Shown: piece by piece, positions 48,641 to 61,657 of the stretch
Layout: each line of letters opens with the position of its first letter
Position numbering within the stretch: position 1 is the stretch's first letter
NCBI GenBank assembly: GCA_047495785.1
Contig: JBLDXI010000016.1
Location: forward strand, 434,001 to 498,000
Length of the DNA: 64,000 bases
DNA from: Lepidodermella squamata
Taxonomy: Eukaryota; Animalia; Gastrotricha
Direction of reading: 5' to 3'
Notes under the pieces: generated by a model
Told to the model about the DNA's origin: nothing
The model's input: only the letters and a program-made list of their open reading frames with translations
Database searches by the model: none
Made by a program: the position numbers and the translations under genes

Positions 48641-49717
48641 AACAGATTGTTTAAACAACCCAACCCTGGATTAAAGAGTAACTGCGAAATAGACATTGCG
48701 TAGAAATTTAAGAAAGCTCTCTTGGGGGTGGGGGCATCATTATTTATGAACAGGAGGTTGAACGGCCGCGGTGAGGCATGGAGAATGCGATTGGCAAGTA
48801 GATTCCGATTCAGGGTTCAGCAGATAGCTGACTCCGGTAAAATTTGCAACCGCTCGAAGTTAACTTTTAAATCACAACGAAATTGCGGCAATAAATGTTG
48901 CGAAGGCCATATTGGTGGGTTTATTGCGACATCTGTATGATAAAAGACAGATTCTCAGAGCTAACTAAAGCTGCTAACAGAAACCAAGCGTAAAAGCTGG
49001 TTGGAGTTTGTCTTGATGATCTCAGCGAAATTACTTTCTGAAGTATTCGATGGTTATTTGCCCCCCTGTGTGTGGTTTCTTTTGCGCGTTGTTGCTTGCC
49101 TGAATAGTAGATAAGGAGTAAGAAACGATCTTTGAAATAGGTATGCTGAATTCACCTCTTCAGCCGGTTGGGCTGCGTTGTCGTGGTTGAGTGTGAATGG
49201 TTATGTTTGCGACTACCCTCTTGCCTGAATATAGATTGATAAAAAGATCTTAGCAAAATGCTGAAGTTACCTCTCCACCAGATCAGCTTGAACGTTGTCG
49301 CTGTAGTAGTATGAACATGAAAAATTATGAGATCTGGTCGAATAAATGAACTGTATACTCACGCCTCATTGTTACCAGCCTCGTGTTCATCATAGCTAGC
49401 ATCCGTCATGACGACGTAGACGCTGAGAGCGACAAAACCCAGCAGAACAGCGGTAATGAAGCGCATTTTACTGATAAGTCAAATTCAGAGTAAATTTCAA
49501 CCAACTGTACTTCTAACTCGTTATTGAGCCCCATTTTTATAGCCTCCGAGTCGTGCTCGAGTGGCATAATGCAATAATTAACTTGATTGGGCACATATAA
49601 AAATAATAAACAGAAAAATCGTTTGCTTTGTCCTTTTCCAGGCAACAACAACAACGACACACTTTTGCGGTTTACATGAGGTTTAGCTAATAATAAAAAA
49701 ACGAATTGGCTAATTCT

Positions 49718-49910
49718 ACCACATTATCGTTATAGCGAGAGCGTTTTTGTCATAACGAACCTGGATAGTGCCAAGCAAAAAGTTCGTTACGGACAAAGTT
49801 CGCTATAGCAAGAGTGAATTACATGGGACAAGCCACGGGAAAAGCTAAATCCAGGTTCGTTATAACCGGGAAGTACGTTCTAAGGAAAGTTTACGTCCGG
49901 GAAGTTTACG
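49718..49910. repeat. Partial Tigger/pogo-like MITE arm
   Basis: Repeated TTCGTTATA / TTCGCTATA / CGTTATAACCG subterminal motifs; no matching second arm was found. Confidence 0.4.
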
Positions 49911-49924
49911 ACCTCAGAGGGTAT

Positions 49925-49979
49925 AGAATTCCACGCCGCACGCACACGTCGCTAGAATTCCACGCCGCACGCACACGTC
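49925..49979 (+). repeat. Two-copy 27-bp direct repeat
   Basis: TAGAATTCCACGCCGCACGCACACGTC occurs twice, separated by GC. Confidence 0.85.
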
Positions 49980-50597
49980 TTATCACTCTCACTGTCAATT
50001 GCGATCCTCTTCATCTTGAATTGATGCGTCTTTTGTGGCTTATATTGCTCCTTCTTTCGCCGTGATTTTGCACGTTTTCGTCATGACAAGTTCTAAGTTC
50101 TGATTTTCAACCAGGAAAGACCAGGAAAGAACCCTTTCGAAGAGAATACTCAGCACCTTTAAACCTTTTATCCAAGTGAAATGGAAAATTACTTCACATT
50201 TTATTTAGCCATTAAATCACCAGTTTCTAGTATTGAAAAATATTTCCCTTGACGGCTAAATTTATAAGACGATTGACTGAATAATTGGATCAACGTGACG
50301 TAAAGTGATGCTTCGGAACTCTGTTAGATTGGGAAAATAGAATGGGAAACGTGACAAATTAAAATTTGTCCTTCTTGCGACCAAACCGGCTCATTTCCCG
50401 TCTACTGTCCTCATTTACCCAGCCATCCTCGATTACCAAAATTCAGCCTTGAAGATCTATTTCTGCTGGCTGCTCTTTTGTACCATTTTATCTTGAGACG
50501 CAATTTCTGAGAAAATCAATTAGACGGCTATTAAAAACTTGGCGAGTCTTAAAATTGTTTAAATAATTTTCCACCAAGAGTTCTCCAGCTGACATAA

Positions 50598-52714
50598 TTA
50601 TTGAACTGCCAGTACTCCTTGGAAGTAGGATCCAACTTTGCTCCAAGTTCCATCGGCAACGAGCCTCCGCAACTCTAGCGGATAGATTCCAAGCTTGTTT
50701 GACCCATCGATGTTGTAGTATCGGCCATGCAAGCCATCGATCATAGTCATATTTGACGCATCGGAAAATAACTTCGAAACGGAGGCTGTCTTCAGATCCG
50801 AAATTGTTCGATTCTCTGAAAAATATATGAAAGGTTGTCAGCTGAAAAATATCGGTTCTAATCTTGTGAGACAGCATTTAATGAAAATCAGAAATAATCA
50901 AAATCGAGCGTTCCAAAACCATAATAATAACACTAATTGATATTCCAGAGAAAACGTAAGATCCTCAAAAAACCCAGTCCACAATTGAACTTAACAGACC
51001 TTTCAATTTTTTAATTATATAATATTTCCTTTAAATTCCCATTTTTTTCCTCATTTTCACCTGAAATACATTTTCTCTGAAGAATCAAAGATTTTAATAT
51101 TTTATCCTTATTTGTATAATATTTGAAAAATTTGAAAATGAACATTTGTTTACGTTGGCTTAGTCGATTCGCTAAATTTCCGAGAATTTTCCCAGTGTAT
51201 AGCACCAGGTCGTAGCATCTTGAAGACGGATAACTTTTGATGGGAGAATCGTTGCCCAGGTCAGAAATTTTCGCGCGCATGACTTCATCAAACTCATCCG
51301 CCGATAGCTGGGTGGCATCTACGTAATTAGGCGGCAATAAAGTCGCAATTGGCACCTCCGAAATAGAAACGACCGAAGCAGCCATAACTTGTCTGACGGC
51401 CCCATATGGACATTTTCGTTCGTAATAATAACTCGAATACCCAAGAGCGTCTTCCGATTCGGCATCTGTGACTAGAATTGTGACATTTGGCCCGAAAAGA
51501 CCGTAGCGGTAAATATGGCAAAACACATTGTAGTAGTAGAATGAGGGCACGTCAAGGATAATCAAATTAGGATTCTGCCGGTGCAAAGCCTCGCCGTAAT
51601 CGCCATTATCGTAATTGCCTGGAATGTAATGTCGCCGGGCTGTTATATTGCGATTCGATAATTGTCCAATCAGGGAAGCTTCAAACTGAAATTAAAAAAT
51701 TCGTAGTTGGAAATGTAACTAAAATTAAAAACTATTTTTTTAATTAATCATATTTACCTCACTGGATGTTGTGCTGTCAGTGACAAAAGCGATATTGGCG
51801 GCATTTTTTGATGCGTTTTGCATTGATAGCAATTTTCCTACGAATTGCGTCATGGCATCAGAAATTGAATCGGACGTAAAAGGGACCATAGCGACAACAT
51901 TTTCCAATCGATCACGTCCGGCCATAGCGTAGTAGCTGACCTAAATTCACGGCGTGTGAGTAATCAATTTTCAGCTGAAGTTAAAGAGACTTACCATGGT
52001 TATATTGTAGGTTGAGGCGACAACTGCAGGAGTGTTACGCAGTGTTGATCGGAAACAGTTGCCCAGGTTCAGATGAATTGGCAAGCGGTTAGGGTAATCA
52101 GGCGATGAACTCCACGTCTTGAAAGTTCTCGCCATCGCCAATGCAGCGTCGCACTGAAACGAAGAAATGTAACAAAAATTAATTATAAACAAGGGCTTAA
52201 TCTCCAGAAAGTTCCCGATGTGTTTTTATACCTTCTAGGATATATGAGGGTATTCGAGTAATGATTTCAATGTTAATTCAGTATGCTATTACCAGACATA
52301 AACAAAATTAAAATAAAAAAACGGGGATTCTAAAAAAGTGCTAACTGACAAACTTCTTAATTTCTCGATTTCTTGGTTTATTTGTAATATTACCTTATCA
52401 TCTAACACCTCGAGTCGCAGCTCATAACCAGGCAGCCAATTCGGGTCCATATGCAATCGCTCGAGTGCGATTTCCATAGCTTTCGTGCACAGCGGACCGG
52501 AAGGTTTGCTCGTGTACCAATGTATGTAGCTTACAGCCGCCGTCATTGTCACAATTTTGCTCCTGTTGCTTGGCGCCTTGAAAATGTGCTGCTGCAACGT
52601 ATCTTCCACCGGGCTGTACTTTGTTACTGGCGTAGAACTCTGTTCGTAGCTGTGAACGAATCCGAAGAAATATGGCAAACAACCCCTGGTTATTGCAATC
52701 AACAAAATGTTCAT
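50598..52714 (-). CDS. Soluble Venus-flytrap protein, copy 2 (intact)
   Basis: Same five-exon structure (52714-52394, 52153-51995, 51940-about 51758, about 51686-51154, about 50815-50598), ending FQGVLAVQ*. Confidence 0.8.
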
Positions 52715-53984
52715 TTTATACTAAAGTTGTTCTACATTATTTCGAAAAAAAATATAAATATTACTATGAATTTCAAGCACTGCGTGACCTAGAACCTAGA
52801 GACCGATATTATTTTATTCGAACCTGCGAGATTAAAGAAAAAACTGATAGAGCGATTGATGCCGACATTGCCGAGAATTCATTTCAAAATTACTGATTTT
52901 CGCTCATTTCCAAGGATTTTATTTTACCTTATTTTTATCTGAATTTGTAGGATCTCCGGATCTGGGGAAGCTCTCGTGGGGAGAGATTTTCGATATTAAG
53001 TACACTTCGTGTTCCGAGCGAATTAATTTTACAATAACAAAGGCATGTCCTGAAACTGAATCTTAAAAATATTGTCTTCTTTGTAATAGAATGCATAGGA
53101 GCTTCTGCATCCTTGAAAAACACGCGAGTTGTTTGACTGGATTATTTTTATTTTTAATACGAATCAAGTGATAGAAGAGTGACTAAAATTGACCTTGCGT
53201 ATGCAAATCGAGACAAACACGTCTTATTAATGATGCGGTTTTCCGAACAAAAACAGCGTAAAGATGACAGACAAGAAGTGAAGCGTGATTTTCCGAAGGT
53301 GAACGAGCGTAAATTCCGAAAATTGACATGAAGTTTGAAAAAGTTTAATTCGAGAAAAATCTAATTATTTCTGGAAGTTTTTTAATAATAATTTTTCTAG
53401 TTCGAGATTCGGAATACACCGCGCGACCGTCAAGTTAAAAAGCTAGAAATCCGCCAACAGGGCTTAAATTTTGTTGCTAACGACGCCGTTTATCAGGTCG
53501 TTCATTCGCCTCAAGATTAACTGAAAGTGGCGGTACGGCCCACTAGTTCCCCGAGGCTAAAATTACCAATGATATACGTTTTGGATTTGACAGCCATATC
53601 CAGAGTATTTGCCCTTCAGCTCGCTTTTCGTGATATCCAGCTAACATGCATTTTTCACCTACCGAATGGCAGCTGAAACAATTTACGTGACGCCTGTGGG
53701 GGAGGAAGACGTAATTCGAAATATACTTTGGTAGGATGTTGGAAGCGAGTAAATAATGTTATAGCACATTAATGACCACCGCGTTGAAATTCTACTGCGA
53801 TGAGCGTTGGCATCATATGATCGCATCATGTGACCGTTGGGCGCAACTATATCGTTCCAGCTGCCTTGACGTGGCGGTTGGGTGCAGTCGACTCCGCTTC
53901 ACATGATACACACTAAGCCCAGTCATTCAGCTCTCTTTCATTTTCAAAGTAATTAATTAATTTACAAATTTTCAGTCAAACAGA

Positions 53985-54340
53985 ATGTTCTTCCAAGCTT
54001 CACTGATCTTCGCAATGTTCATCGCTCTTGCTTCATCTGCTGGTGTGTTTTTCTGTTTTAATTTGAAGTTCGGCAATTTCAATTTATAATTATCTTTACT
54101 CATATAGTGTTCAAAAGCACGGACAAGAACTGTGAGAAGGGAGCGTTGATTGTCGCGAAATACACGGGTGTCAACTTTTTGAAATGCATGGAACGTTGTG
54201 GGGCCAACATCAGATGCCCGGTTCTTTCGCACAACTCTAAGAATGGTGACGAGTGCATTTTTTACGACAGATGCACAGGGCCGTCTCTGGGAGCACAGGC
54301 CCAAATGAGTAATGATAAGAAGTTCTTCCTGAAGCAGTGA
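53985..54340 (+). CDS. Small secreted single PAN/apple-like domain protein (~96 aa)
   Basis: Signal MFFQASLIFAMFIALASSA (exon 53985-54042), intron 54043-54107, six Cys with a C-x3-C-x5-C core (CMERCGANIRC...ECIFYDRC), AATAAA at about 54414. Confidence 0.75.
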
Positions 54341-54701
54341 AGCTCACATTGAAGCAACGCTGCTCTTGACATTGACGGAGGAGAGATTTGTTGGATGCCC
54401 GTCAAATAATATAAATAAAATGACACAGAATCTACGGCTAAAGTAAATACACTATTCCGTTTAGCATGGGAACGCTTTTTCAGCGGTTGAAGTAAGAGGG
54501 GTAATGTCATGAAAAGACTTGTGCTTCGGCAACAACTTGCTTTATTACTTGAAAATAACCAGAATGAATGAAATCATACAACCAAGATCTTTAAAAGGAC
54601 CGAACGATGACGTATCAACGACAACGTAATAATCACGGCATAATCACAGTACAATAAACATAACAATGTTTCCAAGTTCCTTACACCATACCCCTCCTTC
54701 T

Positions 54702-57700
54702 TCAAGGAGCGCGAGACCTGGAGCAAAAAATTCGGCTTGGTGCAGGCTTTCTCGGATATTTGCGGTGAAACTCGGCTACCAGATCGGGCGAATTCGTGAC
54801 GTTTCCAGCCGGTTCCCATGTACAATCTTCAGGCCCGTAGCCAACCCATTCAACAAGGTACTTGAGGCGACCATGATCGTAAAGAAGAACGCCATTCGCC
54901 TCACCCAGCCGCTTGCGATCGATGTTGATAGAAGCTGGTTGGCCGGCCAACAAGGACCGTGCAGCCTTCGAGAAATCGTCGACTTGTGCTTCGCGAATTC
55001 TATCGTGCAGTGGGCTTTGTAAATGAACAAACGAACGCGTCGCCATGATTCGCAAATTCTTCGATTGTAGAATGAATTGAGGCTCGGCGTTGACCACACC
55101 TGGAGACTGATGCTGTGATTTTCGGGATAAAGCGTCGGCCTTGCCACATTTTGAACCGGGGCGATAAGTGATAACAAAATCGAAACGGGCGAAAAACTCG
55201 GCCCATCGGGCTTGGCGTTGATTCAGAATTTTGACCTTGCTTTCGAAGAATTCGAGATTTCGGTGGTCGGTAAAAACAGTGACTTGGTGACGAGCGCCTT
55301 CCAGGTAATGCCGCCATTGCTCGAACGCGACTTTGATTGCCAGGAGTTCCTTGTCGAAAATGCCGTATTTTTGTTCAGCCTCAGTGAGGCTCCTCGAGTA
55401 GAAGGCGCAAGGGTGAAGATAACCGTCAGCTGCCACTTGTGACAAAATGCAGCCCACGGCAAAGTTTGAAGCATCTGTTTCGACAATGAACGGTTTCTTC
55501 GGGTCAGCATGAATCAGAACCGGTGCCGAAGTGAAACGCGATTTCAATTCCATGAAGGCTTCTTCAGCTTGACGGCTCCAGACAAAGACCGAGTTTTTGC
55601 GCATCAACCGAGTCAGCGGTTTCGCTATCGAGGCAAAATCTCTAATAAATCGACGATAAAAGTTAGCAAAACCTAAAAAAGTTTGAACTTCCCTGAGGTT
55701 GGTCGGGCTTTTCCAGTTTCGAACAGCTTCGACCTTCGCTGGCGACATGGTGATCCCATCCGTGCCGACAAGAAATCCAAGAAATTCCACTTTCTCAACT
55801 TCGAACTCGCATTTTGTGAGCTTGGCGAACAATTTGTTTTCTCGAAGCCGTTGTAGCACCATTTTGACGTGAATTTCATGTTCGGCCAGTGAATTCGAGA
55901 AGATCAAAATGTCATCTAAATAGACGATGACAAAAATATCGATCATATCGCGAAAGATGTCGTTCATGAAATGTTGAAATGCCGCCGGGGCCCCGGACAA
56001 TCCAAAGGGCATGACCAAATATTCGAACAAGCCGTAGCACGAACGAAAGGCCGTCTTCCATTCGTCGCCTTCGCGGATTCGCAATAGGTTATAGGCATTT
56101 TTTAAGTCCAGACGGGTGAACACCTTCGCCTTGCCGATGCGGTCGAGCAATTGCGGGATCAACGGCAGCGGATATCGTACCTTCTTACTTACTCGATTTA
56201 GACCGCGATAATCGATGACTGGGCGTAAAGTGCCATCTTTCTTTTTAACAAACATAATTGGGGAAGAAGCCGATGACTTAGACGGACGGATGAAGCCCTT
56301 GGCCAAATTTTCTTTCAGGTATTTGCGTAGTACTTCGAGCTCGGTTTCAGAAAGACTGTAAATCGGTCCAAACGGCGGACTTTTCCCTGCTTCGATATCG
56401 ATAGAACAGTCGTACGGTCGGTGCGGTGGCAACTTGTCTGCTTCGTGCTCGTCAAAAACATCGGCGAATGAGCTGTATTTTTCTGGCAGAACCGTAACTT
56501 CCTGACGAACTTGAGCGGTGAGAACACGGCCAGCGGCTGAATTGCTCTGATCGTCACATTGACAATGCACAGCGCAGTAATTCGAATTGTAGTGAATCGT
56601 GCTCGCCTGCCAGTCGATTTGCGGATTGTGAAGTTTTAACCATGGTAGACCAAGTACAACGGCGTAATGCGGGCTTTGAATAATATCAAATTTAATCAGC
56701 TCCTTGTGACCAGCGACTTCGAAGAGCAGCGGTACCGTCTCGAGAGCAGCAATACCAGTGCTGAGGGCTCGGCCGTCGATGCCTTCGATTCTCACTGGAC
56801 GAGCTTTCGGAACCAGAGGGATGCCGCGTTGACGGGCGAATTTCGCGTCCATAAAATTGCCATCGGCACCACAGTCGACCATCGCCAGCGCGAATGAACC
56901 TCGATCAGTGAAGGGTTCGACCACCATCCCTTGAATGACAAAAAGATTAACTGAATAACAATCATCTGCATCATCTTTATTAGAAAAATGGCTCGAAAAG
57001 TTTCTCGAATTAATATTATTAAAATTTCTTGCGCTTTTCTGCCGCCCAGGGGCGTTGGGGCAATTGTAACAAAGGTGTCCAGCGGCGCCGCAATAAAAAC
57101 AAAGTCCGAGACGACGACGGCGGTCTCGTTCTGCTTGCTGATTTGCTGCTTGGCCGTTCGGCTGCTTGGCTGCTTGGCCGCTTGGCTGCTTGGCGACAAC
57201 ACGGCCAATTTCCATCGGTTCGGGTTGCTGGCTGACCGGCTCATGAGCAGGTTCAACAGAGCTCGAACAACTTGACGTTGCCGCATAGTAACCGCGCGAC
57301 AGGTTACGGCCAGATTCGCGCTGCTTTTCCAGTTTTCTTTCGGACAGGCGGATGTCGATGCGATTTGCTTGGTCAATCATTTTCTTCAGATTTATAGAAG
57401 GTTCGCAGAGCGCAAGCACATCCTTAATTTCATCATTAAGGCCAAGACGAAAATGATGGCACATGGCTGCGTCATTGAAATCGAGGTCGTTGCAAATTTG
57501 ATTGAATTCTGCTGCGTATGCGGCCACAGAACGTTTTCCCTGGTTCAGCTTTTCGAGCTTATAAAGCGCAGTTGCTTTACGATCAGGGTCATCGAATATT
57601 GCTGCGAATCTCGTTTTGAAAGAAGTCAAAAAGTTCAAATCGGCATCCTTCTTCTCTATCAACGAAGTGGCCCAATCTCGTGCTGTGCCACGTAGTAATG

Positions 57701-57947
57701 ACAAAATCAGGCCGACTTGTAGTTTCTCGGTTGAGTACAGCGTCGGATTGAGTTCGATGTATAATGAGCACTGCGCCCAGAACGCCGCGAACTCAGCGCG
57801 ATTTCCGTCAAAATTGCCGGGTAGTTCGCCGCGGCGAGGCTCAAATCGACTTCGGGGTGACAAAGAGCTTTCCAGTGTTTCAAACTTGGCTGACATTGCC
57901 GCCAATTGATTTGCCAGTAGGTTGATCTGTTCTTCAGTTGAAGCCAT
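54702..57947 (-). CDS. Single-frame Gag-Pol: capsid, CCHC knuckle, aspartic protease, RT, RNase H, partial chromodomain (no integrase)
   Basis: [59 protein letters not shown], then GVLLYD joined directly to [22 protein letters not shown]. Confidence 0.95.
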   Translation of the reverse strand: MASTEEQINLLANQLAAMSAKFETLESSLSPRSRFEPRRGELPGNFDGNRAEFAAFWAQCSLYIELNPTLYSTEKLQVGLILSLLRGTARDWATSLIEKKDADLNFLTSFKTRFAAIFDDPDRKATALYKLEKLNQGKRSVAAYAAEFNQICNDLDFNDAAMCHHFRLGLNDEIKDVLALCEPSINLKKMIDQANRIDIRLSERKLEKQRESGRNLSRGYYAATSSCSSSVEPAHEPVSQQPEPMEIGRVVAKQPSGQAAKQPNGQAANQQAERDRRRRLGLCFYCGAAGHLCYNCPNAPGRQKSARNFNNINSRNFSSHFSNKDDADDCYSVNLFVIQGMVVEPFTDRGSFALAMVDCGADGNFMDAKFARQRGIPLVPKARPVRIEGIDGRALSTGIAALETVPLLFEVAGHKELIKFDIIQSPHYAVVLGLPWLKLHNPQIDWQASTIHYNSNYCAVHCQCDDQSNSAAGRVLTAQVRQEVTVLPEKYSSFADVFDEHEADKLPPHRPYDCSIDIEAGKSPPFGPIYSLSETELEVLRKYLKENLAKGFIRPSKSSASSPIMFVKKKDGTLRPVIDYRGLNRVSKKVRYPLPLIPQLLDRIGKAKVFTRLDLKNAYNLLRIREGDEWKTAFRSCYGLFEYLVMPFGLSGAPAAFQHFMNDIFRDMIDIFVIVYLDDILIFSNSLAEHEIHVKMVLQRLRENKLFAKLTKCEFEVEKVEFLGFLVGTDGITMSPAKVEAVRNWKSPTNLREVQTFLGFANFYRRFIRDFASIAKPLTRLMRKNSVFVWSRQAEEAFMELKSRFTSAPVLIHADPKKPFIVETDASNFAVGCILSQVAADGYLHPCAFYSRSLTEAEQKYGIFDKELLAIKVAFEQWRHYLEGARHQVTVFTDHRNLEFFESKVKILNQRQARWAEFFARFDFVITYRPGSKCGKADALSRKSQHQSPGVVNAEPQFILQSKNLRIMATRSFVHLQSPLHDRIREAQVDDFSKAARSLLAGQPASINIDRKRLGEANGVLLYDHGRLKYLVEWVGYGPEDCTWEPAGNVTNSPDLVAEFHRKYPRKPAPSRIFCSRSRAP

Positions 57948-58018
57948 GATGTCGCAAAAATTCGAAGACAAGAGGCAAAATGCAAGTGTTGAGGAAGCTT
58001 CAGTGAAAAATAATTGTG

Positions 58019-58031
58019 ATTCTGGTTATTT
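58019..58031 (-). promoter_or_regulatory. Self-priming primer-binding site
   Basis: The minus-strand sequence right after the 5' LTR, AAATAACCAGAAT, is complementary to ATTCTGGTTATTT within the LTR (plus 58080-58092). There is no TGG tRNA-type PBS. Confidence 0.85.
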
Positions 58032-59053
58032 TGTCATGAAAAGACTTGTGCTTCGGCAACAACTTGCTTTATTACTTGAAAATAACCAGAATGAATGAAA
58101 TCATACAACCAAGATCTTTAAAAGGACCGAACGATGACGTATCAACGACAACGTAATAATCACGGCATAATCACAGTACAATAAACATAACAATGTTTCC
58201 AAGTTCCTTACAGGTAACGAGGAGTTGGGGCCCCTGGTTTGCCTTTTTTGTTGGAAGATTGATGCTTAGAAGAAAGCAGTTCGAATTCAAGATCGAATGC
58301 GTTTCTCATCAGCATTAATTTGAACTCGGAAAGATGCATCTTGGTGATTACGGGTGAGTAAATGCTCGTGCCTTACTTTTCATTCATGGAGAATCGACAA
58401 TTTTGAACCGGAGAAAATTGTAAGCGAATATTCATTATTTCATAAACATTTTTGCTGATGTTCAGTCTCGGTTGATCTTTATCATTTTTTTGTGAAAGCC
58501 GCCCGAGATTCGGCGATGCTCGCCTTTGCAGCCGTGCGATCTGATTTGATGAGCGATGGTTCGACTCCTCAGCAAGGAGCATGTTTGTTACGAATTTTTA
58601 CTGTCACCTACGACGAAGATGGTCGAGCGAAAAATTGTCATACGAACCTCAAACCTCTTGATTGGTTCGAGGTAATTCAATTTACAGGGGTCAATATTTC
58701 CTCTTTGCCTCTTCATTAACCTTAAAAACCCGCTATTTACTTATATCAACCGTGAAAATGAAACTGATGTAAACAAGCCTAAATCCGAGTTATATAACGA
58801 CGCGAACGATATACTCAACATTAAATATAGCCATTCAGTTTTCCAGTATGGCAAAATATTGCCTTTGGCAGCTAAATAAATCGCAGGCTATTGACTGCAT
58901 CAACGCGACGTAAAATAATGTTTCATAATCATGTTGGATTGGGAAAATGGAGTAAAAATCAATTAGACAACGGCTATTAAAAATTTTGTGCAATTGTGTC
59001 TTAAAATTGTTACAATAATTGTCCACCAACAGTATTCCAGTTAGGTAATATAA

Positions 59054-61657
59054 TTATTGAGTTCCCAGTACGCCTTGAAAGTAGAATCCAACTTCTTTCC
59101 AGATTCCGTCGGCACCGAGCCTCCGCAACTCTAGCGGATGAATTCCAAGCTTGTCCGACCCATCGATGTTGTAGTATCGGCCATGCAAGCCATCAATCAT
59201 TGTCACATTGGACGCATCGGAAAATAACTTTGAAACGGAGGCTGTCTTTAGATCCGAAATTGTTCGATTCTCTGAAAAATAATAGTTGCAAAAAATGTTC
59301 AGCTCCCTAATATCATAGCTCCAATTTAGAAACAGAGGTCGGATGTCGGATTAAAGAGAAATTAAAGTCGCTGAAATAAATCCCACTCTACTATTAACTT
59401 CTAGAACCAAAATAATTACATACAATTACCTCTACAATCTTATAGTAACCTCTGAATCTCTAACCGTAACACCGCTGAAGCTTCAAAAATTGATGTTCGT
59501 GTTCTCCGATCATTACTGAGAGATCATTACTGGCCAGAGTTCGACAACATGGCGTGGTAGGTAAACTTAACCCGCCCTTAAAAGTGTGAATATTTACCTT
59601 TGCTTAGCCTATTCGCTATATTTCCGAGAATTTTCCCCGTGTATAACACCAGGTCGTAGCATCTTGAGGATGGATAAGCTTTGATGGGAGAGTCGTCGCC
59701 CAAATCTGCAATTTTCGCGTTCATCACTTCATCAAACTCAGCCGCCGAAAGCTGCGTAGCATCCACGTAATAACGCGGCAGAACAGTCGAAACTGGCACC
59801 TCCGAAATAGAAACGACCGACGCAGCCATAACTTGTCTCACGGCCGCAAGGGGACATGTTCTTTCGGAATAACTCGAATATTCGTCCGCCAATTCAGCTT
59901 CAGTGGTTAGAATCGTGACATTTGGCCCGAAAAGTCCGTAGCGGAAAAGTTGACAAAACACATTGTAGAGTGAAGCAACGTTAACGATAATCAAATTAGG
60001 ATTCTGCAGTCGCAAAGCCTCGCCATAATCGCCATAATAATCGTTATCGCCTAAAATGTAATATCGCCGCGCAGTTATATTGCGAGTCGAAAATTGTCCA
60101 ATCAGGGAAGCTTCAACCTGAAAAAATAAAAAAGGTATACAATTTGACAATTTGACAATTTTAAGTTTACAATAATAAGTAAAAGTGATTGAATTAAAAT
60201 TCAAAATGTGTTTTATAGTGAATAATATTTACCTCTCTGTATGCATCTATCGTGAAATCAGTGATGACAGCTATATTAACCGGTTTTTTCGATACGAATT
60301 GCAACGATATCAATCTTTCTACGAATTGCGTCATGACATCAACAGTCAAGTCGAACGACGGCACTAAGGCGTGTACATTTCTGCGTCCACTTTTGGCTGT
60401 CGAAGAGTAGTAGCTGACCTAAATTCAAGGTAAAAGTAATGAATTCTCTTTAGAAATTATCTCAAAAATCAAGGAGGCTTACCAGGGTTATATTGAAAGT
60501 TGAAGCGATAACTGCCATCGTACTTGGGGGTGCCATGTCAGGACAGTCGCCCAAGTCTAGATGAAAAGGCAATCGATTGGGGTGATCAGACGATGAACTC
60601 CAGGTTTCGAACATTTTCGAAATCGCCGTTGCAGCATCGCACTGAAATGTAAAAATCAAATTCGAAATTTAAATTCATATAAATTCCAAAATTCGCCACG
60701 ACATTCTCCTGGCTTTTATTACTTTGCTCCCTACTGTAGCTGCTGGGTACCGGGGAAATCTTGCTTGGAAGGTTCCAGTAGCCAAAAGCCGAAAATATTC
60801 CCTACTTTGATTGCGGAAAATATTCCGCATGTGAAACCAAGTAGCTAAATCCTATTTCCCCTTGGTGGGGAAAGCGATTCAAGTGGATGAAAGAAAATAT
60901 TTTGAATTCATCTGGTTCAGCTTTGAAATCCCTTTGGTATCATGTTTTCCCTTCGATTCCTGCCAGTTCGAAGATGGGAACAGACCCATAAGTTATCCGC
61001 AACTTTATAACCAAGCGATGACCGATTCTGACTTAATGTATAGTATTTGCATCTTGATACTCGGGTGCAATCAAATACCCGCCGTCACAGGTCGAAGGCA
61101 AGGTTGAGTAAGTTAAAGAAAGAGATCCCGAAACTGCTCCCGCATGGCCAACGCTCCGCAAATGGCTAATCCCGGGTCGCCATTCAGAACGATTTCGGCC
61201 ACCCTTGCAACGGAAAAGATGCCGAATTCCGAACCAGTAGCTTGTTAATCGACAGAACAAACATTTTCCGTTTTGGCCGGTTTGAGGGAGGGGAGTATAG
61301 CGGGGCCTGAACGTCGCACATTGCATTGGACAATGAGAACTTAGTTGTCCCTATGAACAAATTTCTCATGAACCAATGAACCTATGAACTAACAATAAGC
61401 CAGTAGCACAAATGAGAGAATGAGAGTTGAATGCTTGTCTAGTGTTGCGGGCAGCGGGCACTTATTCTGCGCTCGGCTTACCTCATCATCTAACACCTCG
61501 AGTCGCAGTTCATAACCAGGCAGCCACTTCGGGTCCATATGCAATCGCTCGAGGGCGATTTCCATAGCTTTTGTGCACAGCAAACCGATAGGTTTGTCTG
61601 TGTACCAAGGACTGTAGTTTACAGCGGCCGTCATCGTCACAATTTTGCTCCTGTTGC
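59054..61657 (-). pseudogene. Venus-flytrap copy 3, 5'-truncated (signal peptide lost), remaining exons in frame
   Basis: Homology to exon 1 ends at about 61657. Exons 2-5 are open, ending FQGVLGTQ*. Intron 1 is enlarged by an insertion. Confidence 0.75.
60730..61380 (-). mobile_element. Degenerate TE relic in copy 3 intron 1 (possible Ulp1-like protease fragment)
   Basis: Minus frame QATGSEFGIFSVARVAEIVLNGDPG...AMREQF resembles the QxxGxDCGxF...GxDP...MRxHL pattern of TE-borne C48 proteases; contains stops; absent from the other copies. Confidence 0.3.

Larger units (their letters stand above)
54505..58212 (-). mobile_element. Ty3/Gypsy chromovirus (Tf1/sushi-like) LTR retrotransposon, 3,708 bp, integrase-deleted
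   Basis: Identical 181-bp TG...CA LTRs (54505-54685 and 58032-58212), 5-bp TSD GGTAA, PPT (minus strand GAAGAAGGAGGGGTATGG) next to the 3' LTR. Confidence 0.97.

Noticed and set aside
48645-49660. Sequence truncating the VFT fragment, possibly a retroelement 5' region
   Set aside because: No recognisable ORF, termini or second copy in the window.
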